Origin: Setoptus koraiensis
Taxonomy: Eukaryota > Animalia > Arthropoda
Assembly (NCBI GenBank): GCA_048013815.1
Contig: CM106586.1
Coordinates: 17,918,001 to 17,982,000 of the forward strand
Reading direction: 5' to 3'
Length of the DNA: 64,000 nucleotides
Part shown: positions 9,101-21,529 of the stretch, piece after piece
Position numbering within the stretch: position 1 is the stretch's first letter
How the letters are laid out: every line of letters begins with the position of its first letter
The notes under the pieces: generated by a model
What the model saw: only the letters and a program-made list of their open reading frames with translations
Databases searched by the model: none
Told to the model about the DNA's origin: nothing
Translations under genes and position numbers: made by a program

Positions 9101-12100
9101 CAAGATCTATCAATGTTTATGGCAGTCACTTATTACTGTCAGACAATCGAGTCGGAATAGACAATGAAGCGCATGATACTCACAACCAGGACAGATTGGT
9201 CATGTTCGAGAACATGTTCTTCGAGATGTACTCTATGCTGTTGTTCGACAGGTAACTGGCGCAAATAGACGGTTCAATTGTGATAATTTTGCACATTCGC
9301 ACACGCAGACAACCAGAGGAAAAAAAGCAAGGTAGAGCGTCATCATATATTCTGTAAATACTGTGCAATTTGTAAAACGCAGACAGAATTTGACAAGTTA
9401 TACGTCGTGATGTATGAGCTCTCCGTTGAAGGCTCGCATGAAACTTACAGCCAACCAAGTTCTGGGAATTGTCTAAATTGGGCGTCGGCAGGCAAGCGGA
9501 TAAAATTATTCTCCAGCGATCTGTTGAGGGCATAATTGGACAATTGGTAATAGTCAGTGGCCAGGTAACGAATTTATGTCGAATTGTCGTTGCCTCTTTT
9601 TTTGCAAAAGAGTCGCACGTAACAACTTACAATTTTCGCAGCATGGGCGAATTCTTGAGCCATCGAGGGTCGAAGGTGACCAGTTTGTTGTTTGCGCAGC
9701 TCCTAACGCGCAAATCATAATGAGGCGAAATGACAGAGTGGATATTGGTTGGTCAATTCGAACTCGTGACAGCGAGAAATAGAAATATCGAAAAGAATTT
9801 ATGAGAATATCATGAGAATTGATTTGAGCATTTGATGCAAGATGCACACTCACAGTGACGTGAGACTGGTTAGGCTAGCGAACGCCTCCGGATCTATGGT
9901 GGTCAGCTGGTTGTGTTCCAAGTAACTGATTTGAAGAACAGAGTTGTCAGTTATTGGTGGATAAGAGATAATTGATTATTATTTATACGATTATTTGATC
10001 ATGCGGCGTATCGGTTTGCATATGGTGTATGTATATATATGTGTGTGTATGATGTAGCGTACTGACAGTTTGCTGAGATTGCGGGCATTCCTGAAAGCAT
10101 TCAAGGTAATTGTCCTGATTGAGTTGTTGTTTAAATGTAAATATTCCAATGATGCATGAAATGAATAGTTGACTATCTCAATGAGATTGTTGTTCACTCT
10201 GAGTTTTTTCAATGTGGGTGCTAAGTTGTCGGGAATGGTCCTCAATTGTTGATTGGTGCATATCACAACATTGGGATCGGTCAAATCGCAAATGCATTTG
10301 TCGATTTTGAAATCGTCCAGCGCTTCACGAGGCCATAAATACAGAGAATTGAGTGGGGATTATTCTTTCAGTATGTAATGCGAACGTATGTGCATTTGTA
10401 ACGGCTGACGAGTGTTATTTCGGACGAATACTATCTGTGTATGTCGGACAAATACTATCTGTGTGTGTCGGACGAATATTATCTGTGGGCCAATCGGATC
10501 TGTTGGCCGATATTGGCGGATATTCTCATCGCACAGCCAACCGATAACTATAATAATAAACTATAATGAATGGCCAGTGCTACTTACAACAATTCCTGGG
10601 TCGCAACGAATCGTCGCCCGAGCCAATTTGGTGCGTCTTGCTATACTGGACCAAGTCGGAAAAGAATTCCTTCATGGCCCCGGACAGGGGATCTAGACAG
10701 GGCAAACAGGGAACACGTTACAAACATATCCATGGTTTTAGCTGTTGCAGTTTGGATGAAGATTAAATTAATTTATTAATGAGCTCTATTGCACAAAAGA
10801 ATGCGCCACTCACCGCAATCCCGTTCATCCTTTCCGCTATCACAATCGGTGATGCCGTTGCATTGCAGTTTTTGATCGATGCACTGCAAAGTTCCGGGTC
10901 CGCACGAAAATTCGCCCCTCGGACATGTATTGACTTGATAGTTGAGAAGTTGCGAGAGATTTATATTATTGATAACAGCAGCAGCAGCAGCATCAGCGGC
11001 GGCAAAACAACAATAACAACGTGCAAAATAAGGTTAGTTGCGGATTCTTTCAATTTGTTTGAGTTTTAATAAGCAGCAAAAAGTATTATTACTTTGTATG
11101 GCGTGTGCACGAGATAAATTAAATAAAAGTAACACGGCGATAAGACTCTCACTCGTGAAGAGGCACGAAAAAAGCGCGATTCTTGGCAATTCTTTTTAAA
11201 TGCCAGCAACATTTGCATAATGACACTAATCAACATGAGGCGAACATATGGTGCGATTGGGTTGTTGTCGAAAACTGGCCCGACGATAATATCTAAATTC
11301 TTTTTCTTTTACTCTTCTTTACTCTCGCAGTGTTTGCTCGGCGCGATCATTGGCTGTCGTCAAGTCCGACAAGCCGGCTCTTAAGGTCGCCTAAAATGGC
11401 AATGAGCAGTGGGCACGACCAGCGGAAACCATTGAATGACGCTACCTACGCACCAGAGACATCATTTCAACCGATAAGTTGTGCAACGCGGGGCTCGTCC
11501 GTTCGCTCGCCCTTCCTGGTTGACAAATTGATGAATTATGCTGATTCGCGTTCAATAAGCAACCGATCCGATAATTAAACGGGCCGAATTTAAGCCGAAG
11601 CCATATACGTGTTTGGCGCATACGCTCACTTGCAATCACTTACCGCCAGCAGCGGCTGGCATTTCAATCTATATTGAATCGCGTGCTCGCCGAATGCTCA
11701 AATGGGGCCAGTGCTAATGCCGATTCTTTCATTGATAATTGGCGCTTTGCAAACAAGACCAGAGCGCGTCTAATTGATGCGGCCCGTCCCGACACGACAC
11801 GACTGCTCGCCGTCTGGCTGACTCGTCGGACGGCTGGCTCGTCGGATAGCCGGCTCGTCGGATAGCGTAAAGTGCAGCGGCGGATATAGTTGCTCATGGC
11901 AACCGCTGGCGAGCTCCGAGCGCACGCTTGCGAGCGAGCGTCTTGGCCGGCGGCCAGTCGAGACAAGTGTCTGATAGCAACGTTTGGTGGTTGGCTTAAA
12001 TTGATTGATCGTGTAAAAGTCATACATCGCACACATGGAACGCATAACGTAACATTGGGCATTTATGGCGGCTAAATAGGCGCGCTAAATATGTTGTTTG

Positions 12101-14467
12101 TTGCGTCATGTTTATTTGGATCATTGAACTCAAACTGGGCCCCAACGCAAAAGTTATTTTGCTCGCCTAGCTATGACAATGAAATGGGGGCCTAAAATTG
12201 CCATTTCACTGGCAACTTCGTCGCACATGTTACACATACGCGACGAGCACTTATTTGCGAAATAAAAATATCTGCACCAATGTATAAAAATATATAATAA
12301 ATATATATTTGCAGTCTCACGCTTGGGCTACAGTTACAGTTGGCCAGAGGCAATCAGCCGAAAACAGTGAGTGTGGCACAGCCACCAGAATGCAGTTGCA
12401 TACCGAGCAAGCGTTGCATATATCACGTTGTATATCACATGTATTATTATGCAATATGTATAAATATGCCAAAGTGATGTATCACTTCTTATTTGTTCTT
12501 CTTGTTACACTGTCAGTGCAACAAGAAGTCGGTCTGTCGCCAGCGAGTCGCTCGTGAGTCTGTCGCCTGTGACTCTGTCGGCATCGCGAACTGATTTGGG
12601 GGCGCGCGCGCGGGCAAGATTGTGTGAATTGTGACATTGTGACAGCTGACGAATAAAAAGTCAATGCCCGCGAGCGAGCAAACACAACTTGTATTATACA
12701 AGGCAGCCAAAATGTGGATACAATGTGATAAAATGTAAATACAATGTAAATGGCGGCCGCATTCGCTAGGTTAGTTGGCCATGTCGTGAGCTGTCATTTC
12801 GTGTCCGCGTTGGCATCGCCGTTATTTTCGTCGAATCCGAGAGCGAGTTTTCAGCGAGCCGAAGAACGCGCTCGATGGGGCTCGCACTCGATGGGGCCCG
12901 CGCTCGATGGGGCTCGCCGATTCGATGGGGCCCGCGCTCGGCAAATCGGCGAGTGGGAGCCCCGATGAGCGGAGCTCGAAAATGGGCCAATCGGGCCGCC
13001 GAGCGAACGCACGCTGAGCGGCCGTGCATGCCGTGTGTGCCGCGTTACCGTGTGCACGTGGCGCGGTACGAAAGCGGCGGGGCCAGCGGACCGACTCACC
13101 GGGCGACCATCAATGGATCAGTAACAAAATGATTAGCGACCGACGGCGACAAATTTTGCAAATTTGACGCTGCCAGCCGACGGGTCGCCGCCAGCGACCA
13201 AAATCCAAATTGTTTCCTAGTTTCAGTGGCAAACAATTGTTGTTGTTGCCAGGCAGCCCGCGCTGATATCGCTCGGGCCTTGACCCCAAATATTATCTGC
13301 ACAGCGGCGACACAGTTGGCGTTTCCGCGTCGTGCCATATCTCGGCACGGATCTGAAATGGCCGGCCCATGACTGCGCCAACTAAAATTGCACAATTTCA
13401 CTGGCAACTAGAATTTGCAATTTAACTAACAATTGCAAATTCAATTGCGCAGCGACCATTCGATTACGCAATGCGCTTTCGTTGACCTCAATGGCGCAAC
13501 GGGTTGTGTCGCTGTGGGTGACAAGCGGACTCAAGAGCGAATTGATGGTGGCCAGGTGACCGCTTGCTTGCGTCGGGCCGGCATGACGTTTGTTTCTGCG
13601 TGATGGCTCACACAGTTGCCCTGCTGCCGCTGCCAAACTGACGGGCAAACGAGCCGCCGCTGACCGCGGCGGGCCCCGGGCCGTCGGCCCACGAGCGCCG
13701 GCTGACCCAGATAAAGTTGGCGGCCAAATGAAATAATAGAGACAAAGTTGAAGTTGTTGCCAACAAGTTCGCCGCCACTCACCTTCTGTCGTTGAATCGT
13801 TGGTGTTTGGCTCGACGGGCGCACTGGGCCATTGGGCCGCATTGTTGCCGCTCGATTGCTGGTCGTCGTCGTAGCCGGCGGATGGGGCGCCCCTGGCGGG
13901 CGGACCAGTTGTGCTTGTTGGGGCATAATGATGATGATGTTTCGAATGATCCGAGCCGGCCGCTTCAATGAGTTTCGCCGATTGTTTTGCTGCCGGCGGG
14001 CCGGTGCTGTTGTTTGCCTCTGCCGCTCGATCTTGCCACTGAATTGTCACTGAATTATCTTGTATTTCACCGGATGCTGATTGGGCGCCGCTGGGCGCCT
14101 GGTGCAAGTCAGTTGGGGCGCCACCGATGACATTGGTGCTGTTGCTGGCCGGCGCTGTCGTTGGCGCCGACGATATTGTCTCACCTGTGGTTGCTGGCGA
14201 TATTGTTTCACCTGTCGAGCATGAGGCTCCGCCGGCGTCGGGCCCGGCGCCCGTTTGCAGGTTGCTGCTGGCGTTTTGGCCGATCTGGCTGGCACACTGT
14301 TGGTCGGGTTCGAGCACTAACAACGGAGCTAATAGTAGCAGCAATATTACACAAATGAGCAATAAAACACAAATGACAAATTTTCTGTTCGTGTGCGGAC
14401 TGGCGCCGTCAGTGACATTGTCCGTTGCGTTGTTGGTGTTGTCCGCGTTGGTGTTGTTATCTGCCAT
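6134..14467 (-). CDS. Relaxin/insulin-like peptide receptor, type C1 LGR (LDLa + LRR + 7TM; Lgr3/Lgr4/RXFP1-2 class), about 1190 aa
   Basis: Exons on the minus strand: 14467-13783 (join inferred), 10933-10814 (LDLa CPRGEFSCGPGTLQCIDQKLQCNGITDCDSGKDERDC), 10692-10588, 10322-10067 (LRRNT + LRRs), four 72-bp LRR exons (9925-9854, 9702-9631, 9520-9449, 9255-9184), 9046-8520 (LRRs, CRPNTDGVS hinge, TM1), 7929-7502 (ADLMMGLYL...GLCLPLH), 7297-6134 (RFFFIVVADCLCWLP...LPINSALNPIIYT). All introns are GT-AG and the 3573-nt total stays in frame. Confidence 0.92.
7329..7390. repeat. 20-bp tandem repeat (CGGTTATTGCGATCATTATG), two perfect copies plus one degenerate copy, intronic
   Basis: Perfect copies at 7351-7370 and 7371-7390. 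Confidence 0.9.
8084..8492. mobile_element. Non-autonomous hAT-superfamily MITE (409 bp) in an LGR intron
   Basis: Perfect 8-bp direct repeat CTAATCAG at 8076-8083 and 8493-8500. Terminal inverted repeats CAGGGCTAGCA / TGCTAGCCCCA. Subterminal inverted pairs TCGGTGCC (8103) / GGCACCGA (8448) and TAATGGGTG (8118) / CACCCATTA (8473). No transposase ORF. Confidence 0.88.
10420..10487. repeat. 24-bp tandem repeat (TCGGACGAATACTATCTGTGTGTG), about 3 copies, intronic
   Basis: Units start at 10420, 10444 and 10468. Confidence 0.9.
11822..11867. repeat. 16-bp tandem repeat with core CTCGTCGGA, 3 copies, intronic
   Basis: Cores at 11822, 11838 and 11854. Confidence 0.85.
12871..12971. repeat. GC-rich 16-18-bp tandem repeat (core CTCGATGGGG, 4 copies) followed by an inverted copy
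   Basis: Cores at 12871, 12887, 12903 and 12921. GAGCCCCGATGAGCG at 12957-12971 is an imperfect reverse complement of the unit. Confidence 0.85.
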
Positions 14468-15306
14468 TGTAACTGGTGGTGACTTTGCTAGTTAGCTGGA
14501 TATTACATGTTACATCATATCATCATATCATTATATCGTGTTATTTTTATTTGGGCCTGGCTTGTTTTTGTCTTGTTAGTCGCGCTCATTGTGGCGCAAA
14601 TACGATCAGCGAGTAAATCAGACTATTTTGTCAGACTATTTTGTCTAACTATTTTGAATTGTGAGCACCACTGACAACTGCAACACAAACTGGCTGGCTG
14701 GCCGGCCGGCCGACATTACAACCACACAAACGCTGACAATAATAATAATAATAATAGTAGTGGAAATAATTTGACAATTACGCGATTCGCCGTCGTGTCA
14801 TTAGGGCCAATTCGTCGTTTGCGTCAAGTTGGTATCATATGACTTTGTTGGAATAATTGCGATCATGTATATCTTGTATCGCTGCACCAGCGGACGAGGC
14901 AGCCGTCGCTTTTTTGTCGTCCAACTGTCTGTCGGAGGTGCAGTTGAGCTCGATAATCAGGTCAATTTGCGCACTGTGTCAGCACACTTTGGTTTATGTT
15001 ACTCACTGTCGCCGATGTTGTCATTAGCCTGTCAATTGTATCACTTGGCCCTGTCGACTGCTCACTGATCAACAATGCGCCACAACTGTCACTTGTGACA
15101 TCAGCATGCAGTACGTAATGATGCCGCTCATAGTGGTAATGTGATAACTGGATTATTGGACAACTCGTGATTCTTCTGTTGTTCTCACTACTCGCTGACA
15201 GAGGTTGCAAGTTTGACACAATTCCGACAACCGAAAAGCTTTTTAGTCGCTGTTGTTGGCTCGTGGCGTTCAACTCTTGGCTCGCCGCAGGTACCAGCTG
15301 CTAGTT

Positions 15307-15450
15307 GTAAATTGCTGCCGATACGTGTTAATTGCTGCCGATGCGTGTAAATTGTGGCCGATAATTTTAAATTGTTGCCGATAATTGTAAATTGTTGCCG
15401 ATGATTGATTGCCGACAGTGTTGGATAGTTGATTGTCGACAGTGTCGGAC
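15307..15450. repeat. Degenerate tandem repeat of about 20 bp (GTAAATTGYTGCCGAT core)
   Basis: About five recognisable AATTG(C/T)TGCCGAT-type units that decay rightward into GATTG(C/T)CGACAGTG. Confidence 0.8.
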
Positions 15451-18183
15451 AATTTGCTGCGATTGGAGCGCGTGCTGCTGGGCAAAACTCTACAACTTTT
15501 GTGATGACTGGCGTCCCGTAGTTGCACGTTTGGTCACCCGTCCAACTGCACAGTTCAATCTGTGGTTCGTCTTGCCACGGATTCCGAGAGATTATCGACG
15601 GGATAAATGGCGCGCATGCTCTCGAACATGCGCGCCACTCAATGGCATCGAGCCATTGGTTGGCGTTCTTGGTCGGAAGCGTTCGAAAAGGCTGCCAGCA
15701 ATATGATTTGCGAGCCAATCACATTTCAATGTCGACTAATGTCTACACAGCGGGCGCCGCATTCATTCAGATTATTTGAATTTGAATTTGAATTTGAATT
15801 TGATTTTGACTTTTCATTACTCACACACTCCACTCGACAACTGCTCAACTCACTCTTATCACTTATTACCGTATGAGCGTATTATGGCCCAAATGCGGCC
15901 TATTATGCGGTCTGGCTGGCTGCACGAGCTTCGCACCAACTGTTTGCTTAGCTTCGATCAATTGGTGGAGAGATTAAACTAATTGAAGAGACGACATGAC
16001 TCAACAAAACAAAATCACTAATAACTCGATGAATGCCCCTGATTTTTTCTTGCACATTTGATTGATTTTTGTGCGTCTTTTTACCAACAGCGGCCACCAC
16101 AACAACAACAACAACAACAACGACAGCAGCAACAACAACAGCAACAATGCCGGCAAGCTCAGACAACAAGCTTGTGTTCAGTGGTTAACTGGAAAATAAC
16201 TTATCGGGATATTGCTATCACTGTGATTGTTAATTATAAATGATTTGATATTTGTTGATTTGTACTCAATGCAACTAATATGCATACATTTGGCGAAGCC
16301 ATACACTAACTATGGCGAGTAGTAAATAGAATTTCGATGCTAATTTCAATCAATTTTCATTGGTTGGCCTTTGCCAAACCTGACTTGACTTTCGAGCGCC
16401 AATCGAAAATTGGCCGCCAATATGCTTGCAATGGCCTTTTTAATGAGAGCTGTAGCACTATTAATTGATGGATATATTCGTGCAAATAAAGTCAATAAAG
16501 TCAAATTGAGTGGCCGTACCGGCTCGAAATCAATCGGCAAGCGTTCGAGCGTTCGAGTGGCATTCGTACAAATTGGCGCAAATGTTGGCGGAATATGCCA
16601 GATATAGAATGCGACGCCAATCCGCGCTGGATTGTTGCAAACAAGCGAACCATCATTTTCGGTGGCGCCCATTCCGGCAAAATTCCGCTTCAAATCGACT
16701 GGCCCCATCGGACCGAATAACAAAGGTTGTGTCGATTAGCTGGAAAAGGAACAATTTGCGCAATGAACGCAATTGTCAACTTCTAAAAGACTACATCGCC
16801 AACTGAAACAGTTTCAGAAATTCGAGCGCTCTAACGCTGCTCGTTCTCCACCAGGCATGTGTCGAATATTTGCAAAATTTTTGAAAAAAATTTCGAATCT
16901 TCTACTTGTCCGTATTTAGTGCGCTTGCTGTGCCCTGGGCGCAGCTGGGAGTGCGCACAATATTTTTTTCGAAGCTATTCCGAAAAATTTGCCTTTTTTT
17001 CGGGATTTTCGTCGCAGCTGGAGAGCCTCGCCAGAGCGTGGATTAAGACATTGTCTTGGCAGGGTCGCTTGCAGGCAAGTTTGCCCGTTAGCGCAATGAC
17101 AAAGCGCACTTGAGCCGTATACTAGTCAGCACCATAACAAGCGCTGTGTCGTGTCGATCGACACAATCACTCAATCCCGTTATCTTGGGTTTTCTCTAGC
17201 TGTCTTTGGGAGAGAGAAGAGTTGGGCGAGGAAACTGGCAGCCCTCGATTGCCCGCAATCGACCCTGGCCCGTTCAGTTCAGATTGTGCCCACACTATTT
17301 CTGTTATTCCTGGCATATCTGCCCCCTCTGCCCCTTCTGCCGGTGCCTGCCGGTACCTGGACCGACTGGCCGACCGGCGAGGAGAGGTTTTACGGTGACA
17401 CAAGGAGCCACAAACGACACAAGGAGCCAATGCGAAGCGTTTTTGTCTTTTTATCCGTTTTATCCGCACAGCCAGACTGGCAAGCTCGAGACGGTGTGCG
17501 CCTACGCGAGAGTCGTCGTTTGATTAATTAATTAACTAACAAAAGTAAATTCAAAAAAAGCGCCTCTCTGTCGCGGCTAAAAGTGCTTTCCCCTTTCTCA
17601 CTATTTATGCCTCGTCAATTGTACTTGTTACTGACAATTGACTAGGCAGCGCGCACAGTTATCACAGTCGGCGTATGTAGCGAGCGCCACGGGAACAGAA
17701 TAGCTACATTGATCACAATATTGTACAATCACTGCTATTATACAATCATTGCTATATTGTCAAGCTCGAGCGGCATGTCGCGGCGTCTACGCGGCCAGGT
17801 CAGTCTTGGCACGAGCCAACATGTGTGTGCTCGCTGCGCGCTCTTCTGTACCTAGTGACGGCCCACTGTGGGAGCTGTGAGCTTGACAGCGGGCGGGCGA
17901 GCGGCGCAGTCGGCTGCACAGTGCGCCCAGCTTGAGACTGACTGACTGGCTGTGCGGCCTAGCCAGCTGAGTGGCACAGCGTTCAAAAAACAAAAGCAGC
18001 CCAGTCGGTTCCCATCACTAGTCAGCATCATCACCACCACCAACACAGGCCCCACTGATACATTCGGGACGTGGTTATATCGTCTCGATAGGGATACAAC
18101 CACCTTATCACAGCAATTATACACACCTATTATCACACATTTATATATATACATATATTACTATCAAATATATTATCAAAATA

Positions 18184-20673
18184 ATGGATAAAGCTCAGGA
18201 ATTCGCCACTATGGCTCAAGAGGAGGTCAGTGAAGGGGACTTCAAGACTGCCACAAAACTGTTCACCAAGGCAATCAATCATAATAACAATAATTTCAAG
18301 TTGTATCTTGATCGAGCTATGTGCAATCAAAAACTTGGCAATCATCGCGAATCTTTACGTGATTGTGAGGCAGCTGTCAAACTGGACAATAGAAATTATC
18401 AATGTCATTACCAAAAGGCTTGTGCTCTCGCCAATACGGCACAAATGTCACAAGCCGAAACATCATTCAAGAAAGCCATAGAGTTGCAAACTGCACAAGA
18501 GAATACTACATTGATTGACATCTACACATTGTTATGCAACGCTCTAGTAAAGTTAAATCAATTCAGTCATATCAAAGAGGCTCATTGTAATACTATCAAC
18601 ACCACCGCCACCAACACTACTAATTTAGGTAATAATAACTATTCACATGTGAATGGTGTCAACAATAATATCAACAACAACAACAACAATAATAAAGAAG
18701 ATGATAATATTGCGACAGCCATCATTACACGAGGAAAACGCAGTAACTCTTGCCAGGTGTTTGGTGCCAATGAAGACATACATAGAGCAAACGATAAAAC
18801 ATCTATTGATTCTAAGAGTAGCCATAACTCCTTTCCTGTTAAATTGTTATCTTACGATACTAAGAAAACTGAAGAACCAAACACTATGACAAATCCACAA
18901 TCGTCTATTATCAACGACAACAGTGAAAGGTTATCTCATGTAGACTTGCAACGACACAATTTATTTAATCATCAAGTCATACCGCAACAACAACAACAAA
19001 TCAACTATGTCTCTGAGCCAATGCGCTACGGTCTCGATTATAATTCCAGTTTAGATATTTATGGACACAACAAAATGCTGAGTAATCAAAAGGGTCAACA
19101 ATATGCAAGTTTTTTTGATCCCTCACCTTATGCGTTGGACGAAAATGAACCCTTAACATATGGTCCAATTGGCCCTCACCTCAACAAGCAAATGGCTAGC
19201 AACTGTTCTCAAGTCAACAAGGTTTATAATGGAGAAAAAATAGATGAGGCAAGATCACACCTAGATAGTCGTATAAAAAGTAAATCCGTATCTGGTGATA
19301 TGATGTCTAGTACTGAAACGCTTACATCTAGAGACAAGGTGAAAATTGGCAATAATCATGGATCACTATTGGGGCAATCATCTGTTGATTCCGGGCTGTC
19401 TATTAGTCAAGATGGGAATGAGTCTATTATTTCTTCGCAGACATTATCTAGATTAGCAGTCAATAATGGCACCGATAAGTCCAGAAATGAAGATTCTGCA
19501 AAGTTATATAACTATGAAAGCGAATGGTTATTTGGGGATGTCGTCAAAATTAGAGCTATGTCTAGCCATACGCAAAAAATGATACAAACAGATGAATCCC
19601 CCTCGAAAAAAGTTGAATCATCGTCAGCGATCAATAAAACTAAGATTACTGATTCACTTTCACCTCGTCATCACAAGCAAACAGAGAAATCAAACATAAA
19701 TCAAGAATTGCATCATAAAAATGAAGAACGTAGTCGTAAGTCATACGCAAACGTTATAGATGGAGGTGGAAAATTCAAAGTTATTAATGGGCCTGAATGC
19801 GACATTTCTAGCTCAGCAGACAAGAACAATAACAGTAATTTTAATCATCAGAATTTCATCCATGAGAGACCTAATAGAGATGATTCTGAAAGTAATAAAA
19901 CTGAGTATCAGTCATACATTTCGACTTTTGCTTCAAAAGATACATCAACAACGAGTTATTCATCGGGTTATGAAAGCAAACTAGACAGCAACGGAAAGGA
20001 TGTACATTTGATTGAAGATAGAAAATTGGTCGAAAAAAACGAAGACTGTGAGTTTACAAAACCTACAGACTCCACGATGGCAAACTCTATGAAAACTAAG
20101 CCCATTAATCAGGTACATAAGACTTACAATGATAAAGCTGACCTGACTAATGCACAAAAGCCCAACAACAAATCGCAAGTTAATATGAGAGCCACCAATG
20201 TTATGGGCTACAAGAGCCTCTGGATAGGTTCTATATCGCCAAGATGCAAGAAGAATACTCTAGAGAAGGTTTTCGCCCGCTATGGAAAGATTACTAGCAT
20301 ACATTTATTGTCTGGTCGTTTGTCAAGCATTGGTACAATAAGTGCTTTTGTAAATTTTGACAACTCAGAATCACCTATCAATGCCATTTGTGAACTGAGG
20401 AACAAATACATAGCTTATGCTTGTGTCGATAAGAAGTCTCCTCTACAATTCAGGTTGACTCCTGATGATCAACATAAGAAAACATTGAACAAAAATGATG
20501 CCAAAGTTCGGACTGCCCAATTAGGAGAGTGTTTCTATTGGCGAAACTATACTAGAGGCTGCCTGAGAGGAGATGATTGCGAGTTTTACCACATACCAAT
20601 GAATAGGGCTATTGATAATCCCCCGTGGCTTTTAGAATTGACTTCACCGGCTAATAATTCTAAAACAATATGA
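18184..20673 (+). CDS. TPR - long low-complexity linker - RRM - CCCH zinc finger protein (TTC31-like architecture), 829 aa, intronless
   Basis: Three N-terminal TPRs (ATKLFTKAI...YLDRAMCNQKLG...HYQKACAL...SFKKAIEL); RRM with LWIGSI (RNP2-like) and AFVNF (RNP1-like); CCCH ECFYWRNYTRGCLRGDDCEFYH followed by RAID. Confidence 0.8.
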   Translation: MDKAQEFATMAQEEVSEGDFKTATKLFTKAINHNNNNFKLYLDRAMCNQKLGNHRESLRDCEAAVKLDNRNYQCHYQKACALANTAQMSQAETSFKKAIELQTAQENTTLIDIYTLLCNALVKLNQFSHIKEAHCNTINTTATNTTNLGNNNYSHVNGVNNNINNNNNNNKEDDNIATAIITRGKRSNSCQVFGANEDIHRANDKTSIDSKSSHNSFPVKLLSYDTKKTEEPNTMTNPQSSIINDNSERLSHVDLQRHNLFNHQVIPQQQQQINYVSEPMRYGLDYNSSLDIYGHNKMLSNQKGQQYASFFDPSPYALDENEPLTYGPIGPHLNKQMASNCSQVNKVYNGEKIDEARSHLDSRIKSKSVSGDMMSSTETLTSRDKVKIGNNHGSLLGQSSVDSGLSISQDGNESIISSQTLSRLAVNNGTDKSRNEDSAKLYNYESEWLFGDVVKIRAMSSHTQKMIQTDESPSKKVESSSAINKTKITDSLSPRHHKQTEKSNINQELHHKNEERSRKSYANVIDGGGKFKVINGPECDISSSADKNNNSNFNHQNFIHERPNRDDSESNKTEYQSYISTFASKDTSTTSYSSGYESKLDSNGKDVHLIEDRKLVEKNEDCEFTKPTDSTMANSMKTKPINQVHKTYNDKADLTNAQKPNNKSQVNMRATNVMGYKSLWIGSISPRCKKNTLEKVFARYGKITSIHLLSGRLSSIGTISAFVNFDNSESPINAICELRNKYIAYACVDKKSPLQFRLTPDDQHKKTLNKNDAKVRTAQLGECFYWRNYTRGCLRGDDCEFYHIPMNRAIDNPPWLLELTSPANNSKTI

Positions 20674-21529
20674 TTTGCAACGATTGAAATACTATAAAAC
20701 TATAAAGCGGATTGTCCAATCATACAAAAACTACAGGATATACGGTAAAAGTGATATGAATTGTCTTGACACACTCGTTGTCATAGATGGAAAGTGAACC
20801 TATCAACTTAAATAAGTTACATGTGATTATTGTTAAGATATATACAAACAGAAAGAACGGGGCTCAATGTTTGCAAAACTATTACTGAATAAGCAACTTT
20901 GGGTCTGATTCAGAAAAGAAAACAAACAACCATAACTAAAACATCGATCAAGAAGAAAAATAACACACACCCCGTATACAACTTAAGGCACACTAGTTAC
21001 TTTTAGTGAGAAAATAACAAATCAATAATCATAATTAACAATAAGATACGCAAGATAATTCATTTCAAGTGATTACAAATAATAAATCGAAGTTCATGAT
21101 CGAACGTATATTGTTGTCAGATTTTGCATAACTTCTCTAGAGTCAAGCTTTTAAGTAGCTATTATGGTTCATGTATGGTCAAAATGATAGGTCCACGCGG
21201 TGTAGACTTGTTATTAAAGTATGAGCTATAACTCGTTTTACCTGGAACTAGCTCTCTATAGTGAGCTCAATACGAACCGTTTTTTATTTGGAAAGTTTTT
21301 GAATGTAATTTTTTTTTTCTATAAATATTTGGATAAGGGTGGCAAACAAGAAGTGCATAAAGATAAACAGTTATAATGGATCATGGTTGTTGAAAAATAT
21401 AAATATATAATCTTTCGGATGAGTGAAATGTCTTATCCGTTCTTTGCGTGTTGGTTATCTGGCTTGATGTGCTTAACAACTTCCCAGAGGAAAACAATTT
21501 TATTATAGGTTTAAAACTTTCGTCTATGG

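Noticed and set aside
13382-13782. C-terminal part of the 361-aa ORF 14467-13382
   Set aside because: It reads through a consensus GTGAGT donor at 13782 into intron-like sequence, so I treated it as intronic.
16850-17510. CAGG-starting, AT/palindrome-containing blocks as further MITEs
   Set aside because: No matching opposite terminal inverted repeat or TSD found.
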